DNA of 63,460 nucleotides, filler included, from Stramenopiles sp. TOSAG23-2 (GCA_900128395.1; 22 parts of 22 records of this genome joined end to end with filler, not necessarily neighbours in it), one strand, 5' to 3'; positions 21,562 to 33,591 are shown, counted from the whole stretch's first letter. Notes: generated by a model from the sequence alone, not told the origin. Numbers and translations: made by a program.

Positions 21562-22743
21562 AATTTCAAAGATGGTCATACCGAATACAGTCCTGGCCCA
21601 ACAACCATGTATCAAAATCATTTATTACACAAAGAAATTGTTGTGAAAAATGCATTGAATGTTCATAATGGCGAGGCAGTTGTTGTCGTTTTAAATAAAA
21701 ATGATACAAAAGAAAAAAGTGGTTCAAATCAATTGGTTGAAACCATTAAACAAGGACCACTTTTATTTTTTCCAACGACAAACCAAACGTTGAAAATCTT
21801 TAAGTTTGACGATCGTGAAGCACAAGCAGGTAAAAGAAGGAATTCATGGAATGCTGCTACTCGTAAAGTTGCATCTGATATGTACAAGCGAAAGGAAGTG
21901 ATTATATCATTATCGGAACATAATGACCTCGTCGAACGCGCTTATACATCAAATGATAATTACAAATTAATGTTGAAGCTTTTGTTGACCTGGAAAGTTA
22001 CAGATGTTGCAAAACTTACTAACAGTGCACAGAATCCATTACAAATATTAACAAATACGTTAATAAATGATTTGACTAAATATGTTCAATTGAAAAATTA
22101 TGAAGATTTATTGAATACAACCAATGTATTTAATGTTACATCACCTTCTTCTGTAATAAAGCAAAACAATACAAATAAAGTATCAAATAATATTTATACT
22201 TCACTTGTACAAAAAGCGAGAAGTATTGGTGTGGAAATTTGCAATATATCCTTTCAAGGCACAACGATTGATCCAGAATTTAGAGAAAAATGTGAGATGG
22301 TCAAACGCGATAAGCAAAAAAAAATAAATCAACGTGAAAAAGAAAATGAAGAAGAACGCCGTGAAGATTTCAAATTGAATACTGCATTAGCAAGGGCTGA
22401 TAAGCGAACAAAGAAAGAATTTGCAGATATGAAACATCGTCAAAAATTAATGGATGAAGCGCATAAAGCAAAATTAAAACGTAATCAAGAAACCTTTGAT
22501 CAAGAATTGCAACAACAAAAAAACAAATTGTTAATGAAAGCAGAATTTTACAAAACGTTGCAAGCTGCAAATGTAGATTTAACAAAATATCTTGTTGCAA
22601 AAGTGACAAATATGAGAAATGATGATGATGATACCAACAACATGACGAAGAAAAATGACAAAAAACAACTTGAACGCACAACAAAAAATGAAAATGATAA
22701 TGAGGAAGAAGAAGGATTTGTATCATCGTTTTCAAATTTTTAA
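21562..22743 (+). CDS. SPFH/band-7 protein with major-vault-protein-like N-terminal repeats and coiled-coil tail (5'-truncated)
   Basis: KDGHTEYSPGP and EAVVV...IKQGPLLFFP repeats; ARSIGVEICNISFQG at the end of the SPFH domain; long coiled coil. Confidence 0.6.
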   Translation, partial: NFKDGHTEYSPGPTTMYQNHLLHKEIVVKNALNVHNGEAVVVVLNKNDTKEKSGSNQLVETIKQGPLLFFPTTNQTLKIFKFDDREAQAGKRRNSWNAATRKVASDMYKRKEVIISLSEHNDLVERAYTSNDNYKLMLKLLLTWKVTDVAKLTNSAQNPLQILTNTLINDLTKYVQLKNYEDLLNTTNVFNVTSPSSVIKQNNTNKVSNNIYTSLVQKARSIGVEICNISFQGTTIDPEFREKCEMVKRDKQKKINQREKENEEERREDFKLNTALARADKRTKKEFADMKHRQKLMDEAHKAKLKRNQETFDQELQQQKNKLLMKAEFYKTLQAANVDLTKYLVAKVTNMRNDDDDTNNMTKKNDKKQLERTTKNENDNEEEEGFVSSFSNF

Positions 22744-23172
22744 ACAACAAGATATATCTGATTCTACAACATGTGTAAAGAGATTAATATAATTATATTT
22801 ACTGCATGAGGAGTTATACTCGTGTAGTATGCATACTAATATGACAGGTATATCATCCATCGATAATATCCAAATATAGAATATGTAATCTTATTGATGA
22901 TTTCTTATATATGATATTCGTCAGTTGAGAGGGAGTAGGGTTTTATCGCAGTCACAAATGCACTTTTTAAATTACCATTTTAATTTCAATATATAATACT
23001 ACGAAGTATATATATCTATAACAAGAGATAAAAAAGGTGTTGTCGTGTTTAGAGGTCATACTGATATGTCCACAAATAATAATAAATATCATAATTAGAA
23101 TAATATTTTATTAATATTTTTATAAATTGTACGCGCGAATTCCAATATTTTTACAGCTCAATAGTATTATTA

Positions 23173-24450
23173 CTACCGTGTTTTTTTCTTTCGTTCTTTT
23201 GTAAGAATATACAAAATAGCACAGTGTTGACGATTAGAAGCATCATTTTTTTGCAATTGCCAAGTATGCAATTTGATGACTTCAAACCCATCATTCCTTA
23301 TTTGAAGTATTTCCCCTTTTCCCATATATGTATCCACTTCATCACCAACTTTTGCCGGAATCGTTTCGATATTATCCTCACCTCCTTGTACTTCTGAAAA
23401 TGTAATTGCAACTGCTGGCAGTTCGATTTCACTTGAATTATTTTTCAGTATATTTGAATTCTTACCTGAACTTTTTTGTGGGTCTGGCATTTTTGCTCTC
23501 CCCCTTTCATTTTGGAAGTGTTGAAAAATATTATTTTCCGTGCGTCTTTTAGCAGCCAATGTCCATGGTTTAAGCTTAATACAACCACACATACAACAAG
23601 AAAGGACTATGGCAAGAACAAAAAATCCAATCCAATTGCTGTTATTTTTGTCAGTCTCGTCATTTGTGTTTTTGTCATTGTCTTTTGATAGGTCTTTTAT
23701 ATACACCTGTGGTTCGATTACTGTTTCTGCAGATACACCGTTTGGACTTGTACCTGTAGCAATTGCTATTTCCCTGGCAATATTTGTTTCAAAATTTGAC
23801 GATCTCATCATTATTTGAATTGCATTATAATTATTTTCATCATCAGCTATTGTTACTTCATAATTTATTTTTGATTTAGCTACAACTGTGGGTTTTTCAC
23901 TATCGTATAACGTCTCCGAAGTATCAATGCCAAAGTCTGGACTTACCCCTTCGTCGTTATCCTCAATCAATTGACGACTACGACGAGTTTCATCACGATC
24001 TACTATAGTTTCAAAAGATATACTCGATATGTAGTTTGGATCAATGCTTAAAACGCGTCCTATAGCAAGTTTTACTTCCGCTTTATTGGCTTCCATTGTA
24101 GCTTTTGATATGCCATATATTTGTACTGTATGCTTCAGTACAAAAAGTTTCTCAGCATGGTCCATCTGCTCTTTGAAAACCCTAGCAGCTGTTTTGTCTT
24201 CGCTTCCTGGTTGATAATGTCGTCTTATTTGCTTTATATCAAATTTTAACATTGGTTCGTCACAATCGAAACATTGTCCACTGTAATCCATTGCCTTTTC
24301 CCAGTTAATAAATTCGAATTTTTCTTGTGTATCACTTTGTGCGCCATTTTTCAATTCTTTATATTTGTCACATTTTAAACATTTTTCACCGTATTTCCAA
24401 CGAATATTGAATTTTTTCGTTCTGTTTGGGTGTCGAACCCAGCCTTTCAT
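23173..24450 (-). CDS. Single-pass membrane hypothetical protein (probably 5'-truncated)
   Basis: 425-aa ORF with CxxC pairs and one TM segment WIGFFVLAIVLSCCMCGCI. Confidence 0.65.
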   Translation of the reverse strand: MKGWVRHPNRTKKFNIRWKYGEKCLKCDKYKELKNGAQSDTQEKFEFINWEKAMDYSGQCFDCDEPMLKFDIKQIRRHYQPGSEDKTAARVFKEQMDHAEKLFVLKHTVQIYGISKATMEANKAEVKLAIGRVLSIDPNYISSISFETIVDRDETRRSRQLIEDNDEGVSPDFGIDTSETLYDSEKPTVVAKSKINYEVTIADDENNYNAIQIMMRSSNFETNIAREIAIATGTSPNGVSAETVIEPQVYIKDLSKDNDKNTNDETDKNNSNWIGFFVLAIVLSCCMCGCIKLKPWTLAAKRRTENNIFQHFQNERGRAKMPDPQKSSGKNSNILKNNSSEIELPAVAITFSEVQGGEDNIETIPAKVGDEVDTYMGKGEILQIRNDGFEVIKLHTWQLQKNDASNRQHCAILYILTKERKKKTR

Positions 24451-24641
24451 TGCATTTAGTAAAGTATAACACGTCCCAAAAAAGACAGGATCATAAGCAC
24501 CATTAGTAGAAACTAATGATGCTTATGATCCTGTCTTNNNNNNNNNNNNNNNNNNNNNNNNNNNNNNNNNNNNNNNNNNNNTTAATTAATTAANNNNNNN
24601 NNNNNNNNNNNNNNNNNNNNNNNNNNNNNNNNNNNNNGGAA

Positions 24642-27482
24642 TCACAATTCAACAGCTTCATCCGCTAAAAACGGTTGTGCAGATTCAGTAATTGAATTCA
24701 TCAATGCATCGTCATCTTCGTCATAAACTTCATTATCATTACCACCTTTATCAGTATTATTGATGTTTACCATCGTTGCTGCTGCTGCAAGTGTTTGCAA
24801 TGTTTTGTTTTCATGAAGCAATGAGCTTCTACTGCTGCTGCTACTACTACTACTACTACTACTTCTACGAACATTAACATTACTATTGCTTCTGCTTCTA
24901 TTACCATCAAGATTATTCTTCTCATCTTCTTCTTTGAATAATACATTTATAACTTTACATGCTTTCAAAAAATAATCACGTAAACCATCTGCTAATGCAC
25001 AAACTTCATATGATTCTTCTGGTGGATTGTACAAACGACAATTATCGAAAATTAATTCAACATCCTTTGCAAATTCATCAAATGTTTTATAAGTATGCAA
25101 TTTCTTATCTATTGTACTAAAATCCATCGGATGCTTAACAATATCAAGATAATCAGGAAAGTCCTTTACATCAACAGGAGACAAAAATATCTGAATGCTC
25201 CTAGTACCTCCAATTTTCACAAGATCTTCTCGTGTAGAAGTCATTCGGTGATTGTGTAAATCAATCAATACAGCACATGCCTGCTCATAACCACGGAACG
25301 TTCCTTTATTTTTTCTAGTTTCATACTTTGATAAATTTTTCTTTCCCATATTTGTAAATGTGCCATTTCGCATGAAAGAGGAACCACCTTCTATGTAATA
25401 TTTATATTCACCAGCATGTTTGACCTTTAGAAGTTGGTGGCTACGTTTATGTAATAATGGAATAAACCCACCTTTCATTACTCGTGGTTTCTTTTCTTGT
25501 TCGTCACCACTATCCCTGTCAACACTATTACCACTGTTTTGATTTTCCAAATGTTTTCTCTTACGTTTTACATTGTTATTGAAATTTTGATATTTATTAA
25601 CAAGAATATTATTATTGATACCACTTCGTTTCATTTTATTTGTTGTTAGGCCTAAAAAATGTAATGGGAACAAAAAATTGGAATAATTTAAATTCTTTCG
25701 AATCGTTGCTTCTGTTAAAAATTTTGCAGGTTTCCTGTCCCTTCTGAATTTGTTGCTTTGTAATTTCATTAATTTACGGCTTACAACATTCAAAAAATTT
25801 CCACAGTAAAAGGTGCTGATGGTTGTCTCTGACGACATTTCATTTTTTTTAAGTTTTAATTCATCCGGAGACAAATCTGTTGAATAAAGAACATATGCTC
25901 TTGAAAGCACACTTTCAATTGGATTTTCCTCTACTTGAGTTGACAAAAATATGGATGTATGGCCATCGACTGTCAAAGGATGTGCACTTTTCATCTTATC
26001 GTCTAATAAATCCTCATGTCTAAAAAACCATTGTGCCGTCATTTTCGCTTCGTTTGCTTTTTTATCAAAATAAATATCTTGGCAAAATGCTATGTATGGT
26101 GTTTCGGAACTATCGCCAGTGCTTAATAAGTACGCTTCCCCTGGTCTTACCAACGTAGCTAAAACACCAGCTGTACCTATAACACATCCTTTGAAATAAA
26201 GCCTACTTTGCGTTTCTTTGTGTACGTTACCTTGCCACATTATACTAGTTTGACCTTTTGGTAAATCGCGTACAGTAGTACCATCATCGTTTAAATTATT
26301 GCGCTTTTGATTTTGTAATGATGATGTTGTTCCTATATTTCGATTTAATTCTGTGGTATTAATAATACCATTAATAGAAGCAGTAGTACTACTACTAGTA
26401 GTAGTAGTAGTTGTTGTTGTCGTTGTTGTTGTTGAATTTGCGTTTGGTATTACATAATTATTATTATCATTTGGAATTTTCTTTTTCTTCTTTTTCTTTT
26501 TAGGAGCTTTTTCATGTACCATGTTCTTTTTTGTATTTTTTGATAAATTTATTATTTAATTCTGTGGTATTAATAATACCATTAATAGAAGCAGTAGTAC
26601 TACTACTAGTAGTAGTAGTAGTTGTTGTTGTCGTTGTTGTTGTTGAATTTGCGTTTGGTATTACATAATTATTATTATCATTTGGAATTTTCTTTTTCTT
26701 CTTTTTCTTTTTAGGAGCTTTTTCATGTACCATGTTCTTTTTTGTATTTTTTGATAAATTTATTCCCCTATTATTATTACTACGATTATTATTATTTTTA
26801 GTTTGTGGAAGAACCATTTGATATGAAGTATTATTACTATGCACTACAGTTACAGAAGTTTCTTCTCCTTGGGCCTTTAACATTGCACGTGGGGTTTTCA
26901 TATTATGCATTTGATTATTCCCCTATTATTATTACTACGATTATTATTATTTTTAGTTTGTGGAAGAACCATTTGATATGAAGTATTATTACTATGCACT
27001 ACAGTTACAGAAGTTTCTTCTCCTTGGGCCTTTAACATTGCACGTGGGTTTTTCATATTATGCATTTGATTATTATTATTACCTTGGCTCTGATTAGGTT
27101 TGCTATAAGCAACGTTTCCAGTACTACTGTTGCCACCATATGCATTATTGCTTCCACTATTATTATTATTATTATTATTATCAACGTTGTTGCTTTCATT
27201 CCTTTTAAGTAATTTGGCTTTTCTTTTCTTTTCTTTTCTACGAGTTTCAAGAATGTTTACAATAGTAGAAGCATCATTTTTCAACTTTTTAATATATGTA
27301 GATAGTGTTATCTCGTCTTCATTCAATCTTATACACTCATTAATAAATGCTCGTTGCAATACTTTTAACCGTGTTATGTTGTTAGGATATTTCACACTTC
27401 TTAATTGCTCTTGAGTGCTTTGTAAATATTCGTTAATTAATGACAGTTTTTTAGAAGATGATGACGACGATCCTTTCTCCAT
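24642..27482 (-). CDS. BAH-domain and bromodomain chromatin protein, 5' part broken by two near-exact duplications
   Basis: BAH: PGEAYLL...PYIA...AQWFFR. Bromodomain: FLSPVD...PDYLDIVKHPMDFSTI...FDNCRLYN. Three track ORFs overlap through duplicated blocks. Confidence 0.85.
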
Positions 27483-27709
27483 TATAGATTGATATCTCTG
27501 TTGGTATTTTCAAATGTAATATATATATATATATATATATATAAATAATTATCTCGATGGTATCTTTTTATTTGAAAAAGTATATTTTCGTTTTGTACAT
27601 AGAATTTATNNNNNNNNNNNNNNNNNNNNNNNNNNNNNNNNNNNNNNNNNNNNTTAATTAATTAANNNNNNNNNNNNNNNNNNNNNNNNNNNNNNNNNNN
27701 NNNNNNNNN

Positions 27710-29755
27710 TGGCGTACCGCGTGGAAATTCTTTTTTATAATCATTTAATAATTTTTTCACAACATTTTTATCAATTTTTGGTAATAATGGTACTTTCTTT
27801 TTCTTTTTTTTGTTATTGTTATTATTATTATTATGACTGCTGCTACTACTACTACTACTACTACTACTACCATTCGAACCACTTTTTTTATCAACGGTTA
27901 AAGCAAATGAACTTCCTTCATACCAATCTTTAATTTGCATCAATTTGATCAATTCATTTTCTAAATCTTTTGTTTTAAAATTGCGATCAAAAATTCTGTT
28001 AAATTCATTATAAGGCTTTGCTTTTTGTGTACCTGAAAGCATGCTTGGTTTTATAACTTGACCACCAACTTTTTCAAGAAATTTATACAATAAATTAGAT
28101 GGTTTGTTTCTACCATGAAACTTAAAAGAATACAAACCAACAATAGCTCTGGCAGGAATAGTTCCTTTTATTAATATTTCTTGTGCATTTTCTGCAAAAT
28201 TAGATGCCATGTTATTCACCGTTTTTCCATCATCTTCCATTGCCAATTCAAATAATGAATGTGAAGAGATATCTATTACACTAGCAGAATCTCCAAGTTT
28301 AGATAAATCAATTTTAACGAAGCGTTCTTGATAATTGTTTGGTTGCTCATTTTTATACGGTCCCTCAATCATACGTTTCATTCCATACCATAAAACCCAT
28401 CGAAGATTTTTTGTAATTGAAATAAATGGAGAACCTTGAAAATTTAATTTTGAACCATCATTCACATGGTTTAAAATGGAACATGTAGTATTATTTGGCT
28501 TTTTTGCTATAAGACCTTTTGTAGGATCTTCATAATAACGTAATAGACGATAACATATTTGGTCGTCTTTGTTTGGATTTTGTTGACAATATTCTATTGG
28601 GGCCAAACCTTGTTTATTTTCAAACATATTAGTGACTTCCTTAAGACATTCTGTTATTTTTGGTCTGTTATTAGGAGTTGGACTCCAACAATGTTGTAAA
28701 CACGTATTATTATTCTTTAATATAGAATTGTTTGATATTCGTGGTGATTTATTTTCAGTCTGCAACTTTATAATTTGGAATGTTACTACATTGTTATTGG
28801 CATTATTTGGCACTTGAGACCATGGATGCTCTTTCATCCATATGAAATTCAAAACACCACCATATGCATACACATCAGTTTCAAAGTTTTCTTTCGCACC
28901 TGGGGTGCACATCTCTGGGGCTTGATATCTAATATTCACATGACCATTGCGAGATGTGGTTGTGCCGCCAGTAGTTCCTTCAGTCGAACGCGCTAAGCCA
29001 AAATCAACAATTTTGATTGTCTGTTTCCCATCATTTTTTACCATAATATTATTTGGGCAAAAATCGCCATGGACAATACGAGATATACAATGAAGATATT
29101 CTAAGCCTTTTGATATTTGTAATGCCATGCGTAGTTTGACTTTTTCTGATAACGTTTTTTCATGCTTTAATTGCATAAATTTTTGTAGGGTATGCCCAGA
29201 AATATATTCCATGACTAAAAATGGTTTATCAACACTAGAGGAAAGACCATGAAAACGACACAAGTTAATATGGCTTACATTTTGCATAGCTTTTGCTTCC
29301 TTGCGTAAATTTTTCCAAATTGTTTGTAAATCATTACGATTATTATTATAATTCTTCAATGATTTTATTGCAACAGTTAACCCTCCAGGAAAAGAACCAT
29401 CTTTACTCTTCCATACATCCCCAAATGCACCACCACCAAGTCTTTTTTTATCATTGTTGTTATCACGTTCATATTCAATTTTTGACGGATCGATAGTATG
29501 AATCTTAGTTCTTCTTCTTTGCGTTGTTGAAGATGTGAGAGGAGGAGGCATCATACTTGCTGATAATTGCTGTGTCATTGAACTAGCATGTTGCAATAAA
29601 TTATTGCCACTAGCTAAGTTATTGTTTTCAAAATGATTAATTAGACTGTTAGTGGTTGATGATATATGTTGCGACTTTTGTTTTTTGGCACTATTCCCAC
29701 GATTGTTTTGTCCTTTATTTCTTCGTTTTTTATTATTATTACTACTACTCTTCAT
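27710..29755 (-). CDS. TKL-like protein kinase fused to an ADP-ribosyltransferase-like (R-S-E) domain, 3'-truncated
   Basis: Kinase motifs GGGAFG, VAIK, HGDFCPNN, DFG and YQAPE. C-terminal CYRLLR...GLIAKKP...HVNDGS...FISITK...AQEILIKGTIP. Confidence 0.75.
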
Positions 29756-30779
29756 TATATCAAAAGTTTCTTTTTAATAAATCAATTTTGAAGCAGATTA
29801 AATTTGGAGCCTTTATATTTTATATATTGTATTGTTTTATGTCCGACGTATTTTCTCTGAAATTCCTAAGAAGCTAATAAATGGAAGTATTTAATAAACA
29901 TTTATTGTTTATGTATTCCAGCACAAATAGATATAATACTATGCACAACACTATATATAATAATATATAACAACAATAATAATAATAATAATAATATTAA
30001 TAAAAATTAATAATTAATATTATTAATTAATATACAAAATCTATTATTATTCCATACCTATCATATTCGTGTAAGTAATCAACACAGCCCCATTTATTAA
30101 TATCTTTCTATTTTCTATATTACAATAATGCAATAATGTATAATGTTTTCAAACTTGCTTGTATGTAACTACCGATCTTTGCTTTTACTCTGTTTACNNN
30201 NNNNNNNNNNNNNNNNNNNNNNNNNNNNNNNNNNNNNNNNNNNNNNNNNNNNNNNNNNNNNNNNNNNNNNNNNNNNNNNNNNNNNNNNNNNNNNNNNNNN
30301 NNNNNNNNNNNNNNNNNTATGGACGACTGTGACGACAGCCTTTTTTTTAGCGACGACGCGAGACGACCCCAAAATCCATAAATAAATAAACAAACAATAT
30401 CAGCATTTTACCAGCATCACCACATACCACATCACACATCACCACATCAGCATACCAGCAACACAGCATAAGCATAAGTTGGACAGCATAGCAATAAGCA
30501 ATCTCAACATCAACAGCAGCACACAGCACTATGTATATTGTAATTACAGAAGCACAGCAGCCAAAATTCAGAGATTTATGCACATCAAATCGCACACAAC
30601 AAAAAAGTTCCACTCATTGAGTCTTTTTTTCCTATAGTGTATAGTGTTAAATTTGGTCGAATTGGTTTTTCTTGGAGGTNNNNNNNNNNNNNNNNNNNNN
30701 NNNNNNNNNNNNNNNNNNNNNNNTTAATTAATTAANNNNNNNNNNNNNNNNNNNNNNNNNNNNNNNNNNNNNNNNNNNN

Positions 30780-31896
30780 TGTTTTTAATCCATCACCAAT
30801 ACTTTGTACATCAGTAATATTATTATTATCTAGGAGCAATCTCGTTAATGTATTGTTTGTTTTTAATCCTTCACCAATACTTTGTACATCAGTAATATTA
30901 TTATTATTTAGGCCCAATTCCTTTAATGTATTGTTTGTTTTTAATCCATCAATAATACTTTGTATTCCACTATCATCAGTAATATTATTATTATCTAGGC
31001 GCAATGATGTTAATGTATTGTTTGTTTTTAATCCTTCACCGATACTTTGTACATCAGTAATATTATTATTATATAGGTACAATCTCGTTAATGTATTGTT
31101 TGTTTTTAATAATTCACCAATAATTATACCATCGTTTGTAGTAATACCTTGGTTATTTAGATCCAACACACCATTCTCATTCGTATCTTTCCGAATACGC
31201 CATTTCCAATATTGTAAATATTTTATTGTTTGTTTTTAATCCTTCACCAATACTTTGTACATCAGTAATATTATTATTATATAGGTACAATACCTTTAAT
31301 GTATTGTTTGTTTTTAATGCATCACCAATACTTTGTACATCAGTAATATTATTATTAAATAGGAGCAATTTCTTTACTATATTGTTTGTTTGAAATAATT
31401 TACCAATAATTATAATATCATTTATAGTAATGCCTTGGTGACTTAAATTCAACTCACCATTCTTATTCGTATCTTTCCGAATACGCCATTTCCAATATTG
31501 TAAATATTTTTCATTGTATCTTTTTCCAAAACAAGTAACTGTAATTGGACGTTCACTATTTAATAATGATTTTGTTGTATCATCTAAATTAATAACTTCA
31601 TGTTCAAAACCATCTGGTCCTTCAACAGAAATTGTTTCAATAATATCACCAATATTCATTCCATATGATTGTACATATTTTGCAACCGATGAATGAATCG
31701 ATTTTATATATACATTCTGTTTCACTTCTTTTTTATAACTATCACTACTACTATTTAACGGGTTCGTTATTATTTTTTCTCCAAATTCACCAATAATTTC
31801 ATGTTCTAATAAAAATGTAATTTGATAACGTGTTTCCTCAACAGCTGGAACTGATGATGTAGGGCGTGTTGGGGGAGTCGATTGATTGCATCCCAT
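30780..31896 (-). CDS. RNI-like LRR protein with acylation signal (MGC) and PDZ-like segment; frameshifted at about 31222, 3'-truncated
   Basis: 26-aa repeats TLxxLxLxNNNITDVQSIGEGLKTNN; GMNIGDIIETISV is PDZ-like; KYLQYWKWRIRKDTN block occurs twice. Confidence 0.8.
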
Positions 31897-32034
31897 GTTT
31901 TCCTTTGTATCGAATATGATGTTTTATGTTTGACAAGTATTACTCTCTTCTTTCTTCTTTTCCACTATTTTTTTTGAATCTCTCTATCCATCCATGTTAT
32001 CCAGGTTATCCATCTACTTTTCTATTATTTTTGC

Positions 32035-32214
32035 CGAAACATCTCGGACTGTTCCCACTTTCTTATACTTGTTAGTATAAGATCAGCACTAATAACAAAT
32101 ATAAAATTTGGTATGAGGCCTTCGGCTGTCTTTTCTTTGCTATGTCTATAGTAAAGATAAGACTACAGAAAGTTACACTTAACTTTCATAGGCGAAATGG
32201 CCCGAGATGTTTCG
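32035..32214 (+). ncRNA. Candidate structured ncRNA or DNA element: closing stem enclosing 4-5 hairpins
   Basis: Perfect 13-bp outer arms (32035-32047 / 32202-32214); inner hairpins at 32061-32082, 32092-32114, 32117-32127, 32128-32163 and 32168-32187. G-T pairs favour the + strand. Confidence 0.5.
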
Positions 32215-32344
32215 AGAGATTGGCAATATTATACATGGACACATGGACACAGCACACAGCATCCCTTACTTTAGTTCGAACCAAAAGGCAGGTTTTGTGA
32301 TCTGGACCTTAAAACAATAGCAGGTACACAGCATTAACCCCTAA

Positions 32345-32426
32345 TAGGCCGTGCACAGCATTACGGATTTCTGTTTTGACCGGTTTAGTTAGACTACAAA
32401 AGTCAAAATAGTGCTGTGACGGCCTA
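32345..32426. repeat. 82-nt hairpin with CACAGCA in both arms
   Basis: TAGGCCGTGCACAGCATTA pairs with TAGTGCTGTGACGGCCTA; inner TTTTGAC/GTCAAAA. Confidence 0.75.
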
Positions 32427-32630
32427 AATAAAATGGCTCTTTAAATTCCCTATCAAATAATTTTCAATCAACTATTAAAGATTGAATTATTTATCTCATT
32501 TCAATTGTTCATGTAGTAGTCTAATATTTGTACTTTAAATCCTGGATCAAAAAAAAGTGCCATATAAGATATAATGCTATGTACATGTACTTTTTTCTTT
32601 TTTTTCTAATGCTGTGTCTATACTATTTAT

Positions 32631-33332
32631 TAGACATAGCATTACCATTCAATACAGGCACACAGCAGGATCAATGAGATTTCCATAAATATACGATAGA
32701 CATAGCATTACCATCTTAATACAGGCACACAGCAGAGGATCAAATATACGATAGACATAGAACTACCATTTTTAATACAGGCACACAGCAGGAGGATCAA
32801 TGAGATTTCCATCAATATACGATAGACATAGCATTACCATCTTAATACAGGCACACAGCAGAGGATAAATATACGATCGACATAGAACTACCATTTTTAA
32901 TACAGGCACACAGCAGGAGGATCAATGAGATTTCCATCAATATACGATAGACATAGCATTACCATCTTAATACAGGCACACAGCAGAGGATAAATATACG
33001 ATCGACATAGAACTACCATTTTTAATACAGGCACACAGCAGGAGGATCAATGAGATTTCCATCAATATACGATAGACATAGCATTACCATCTTAATACAG
33101 GCACACAGCAGAGGATAAATATACGATCGACATAGAACTACCATTTTTAATACAGGCACACAGCAGGAGGATCAATGAGATTTCCATCAATATACGATAG
33201 ACATAGCATTACCATCTTAATACAGGCACACAGCAGAGGATCAAATATACGATCGACATAGAACTACCATCTTAATACAGGCACACAGCAGGATCAATGA
33301 GATTTCCAATCAATATACGATAGACATAGCAT
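32631..33332. repeat. Higher-order tandem array: 125-bp dimer of about 70 + 55 bp related monomers, 11 monomers
   Basis: Core AATACAGGCACACAGCAG at 32651, 32718, 32774, 32844, 32899, 32969, 33024, 33094, 33149, 33219 and 33274, with alternating long and short intervening sequence. Confidence 0.95.
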
Positions 33333-33591
33333 GTAGAATATGTGATGGCCAGTGATTTCCACACACTCTTTGCTAAAAAACTCTTAAAAATAACACTACA
33401 CATTATTGATAAATAACCCGTGAACAATTAAAAATAAAACTACACACTATTGATAAATAAACCATGAAAAACATATATATTTATAACAAAATGTACACAA
33501 ATGTAGGAACAGGTCGTCAACAACAACAAGTATAGGAATTATAAAGAATCAAAAAGAACAACAACAACAACAACAATAACAGCAAAGAATC

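Noticed and set aside
24482..24537. Strong terminal hairpin (26-bp arms) as a hairpin telomere or terminator
   Set aside because: It lies exactly at a contig end, just upstream of a probably truncated ORF, consistent with a fold-back chimera.
26343..27070. Three separate genes upstream of the BAH-bromodomain ORF
   Set aside because: Two near-exact tandem duplications (about 210 and 155 bp) explain the split; one gene is more parsimonious.
32631..33332. CRISPR array
   Set aside because: Intervening sequences repeat with a 125-bp period, there are no unique spacers, no cas gene is visible, and the context is eukaryotic.
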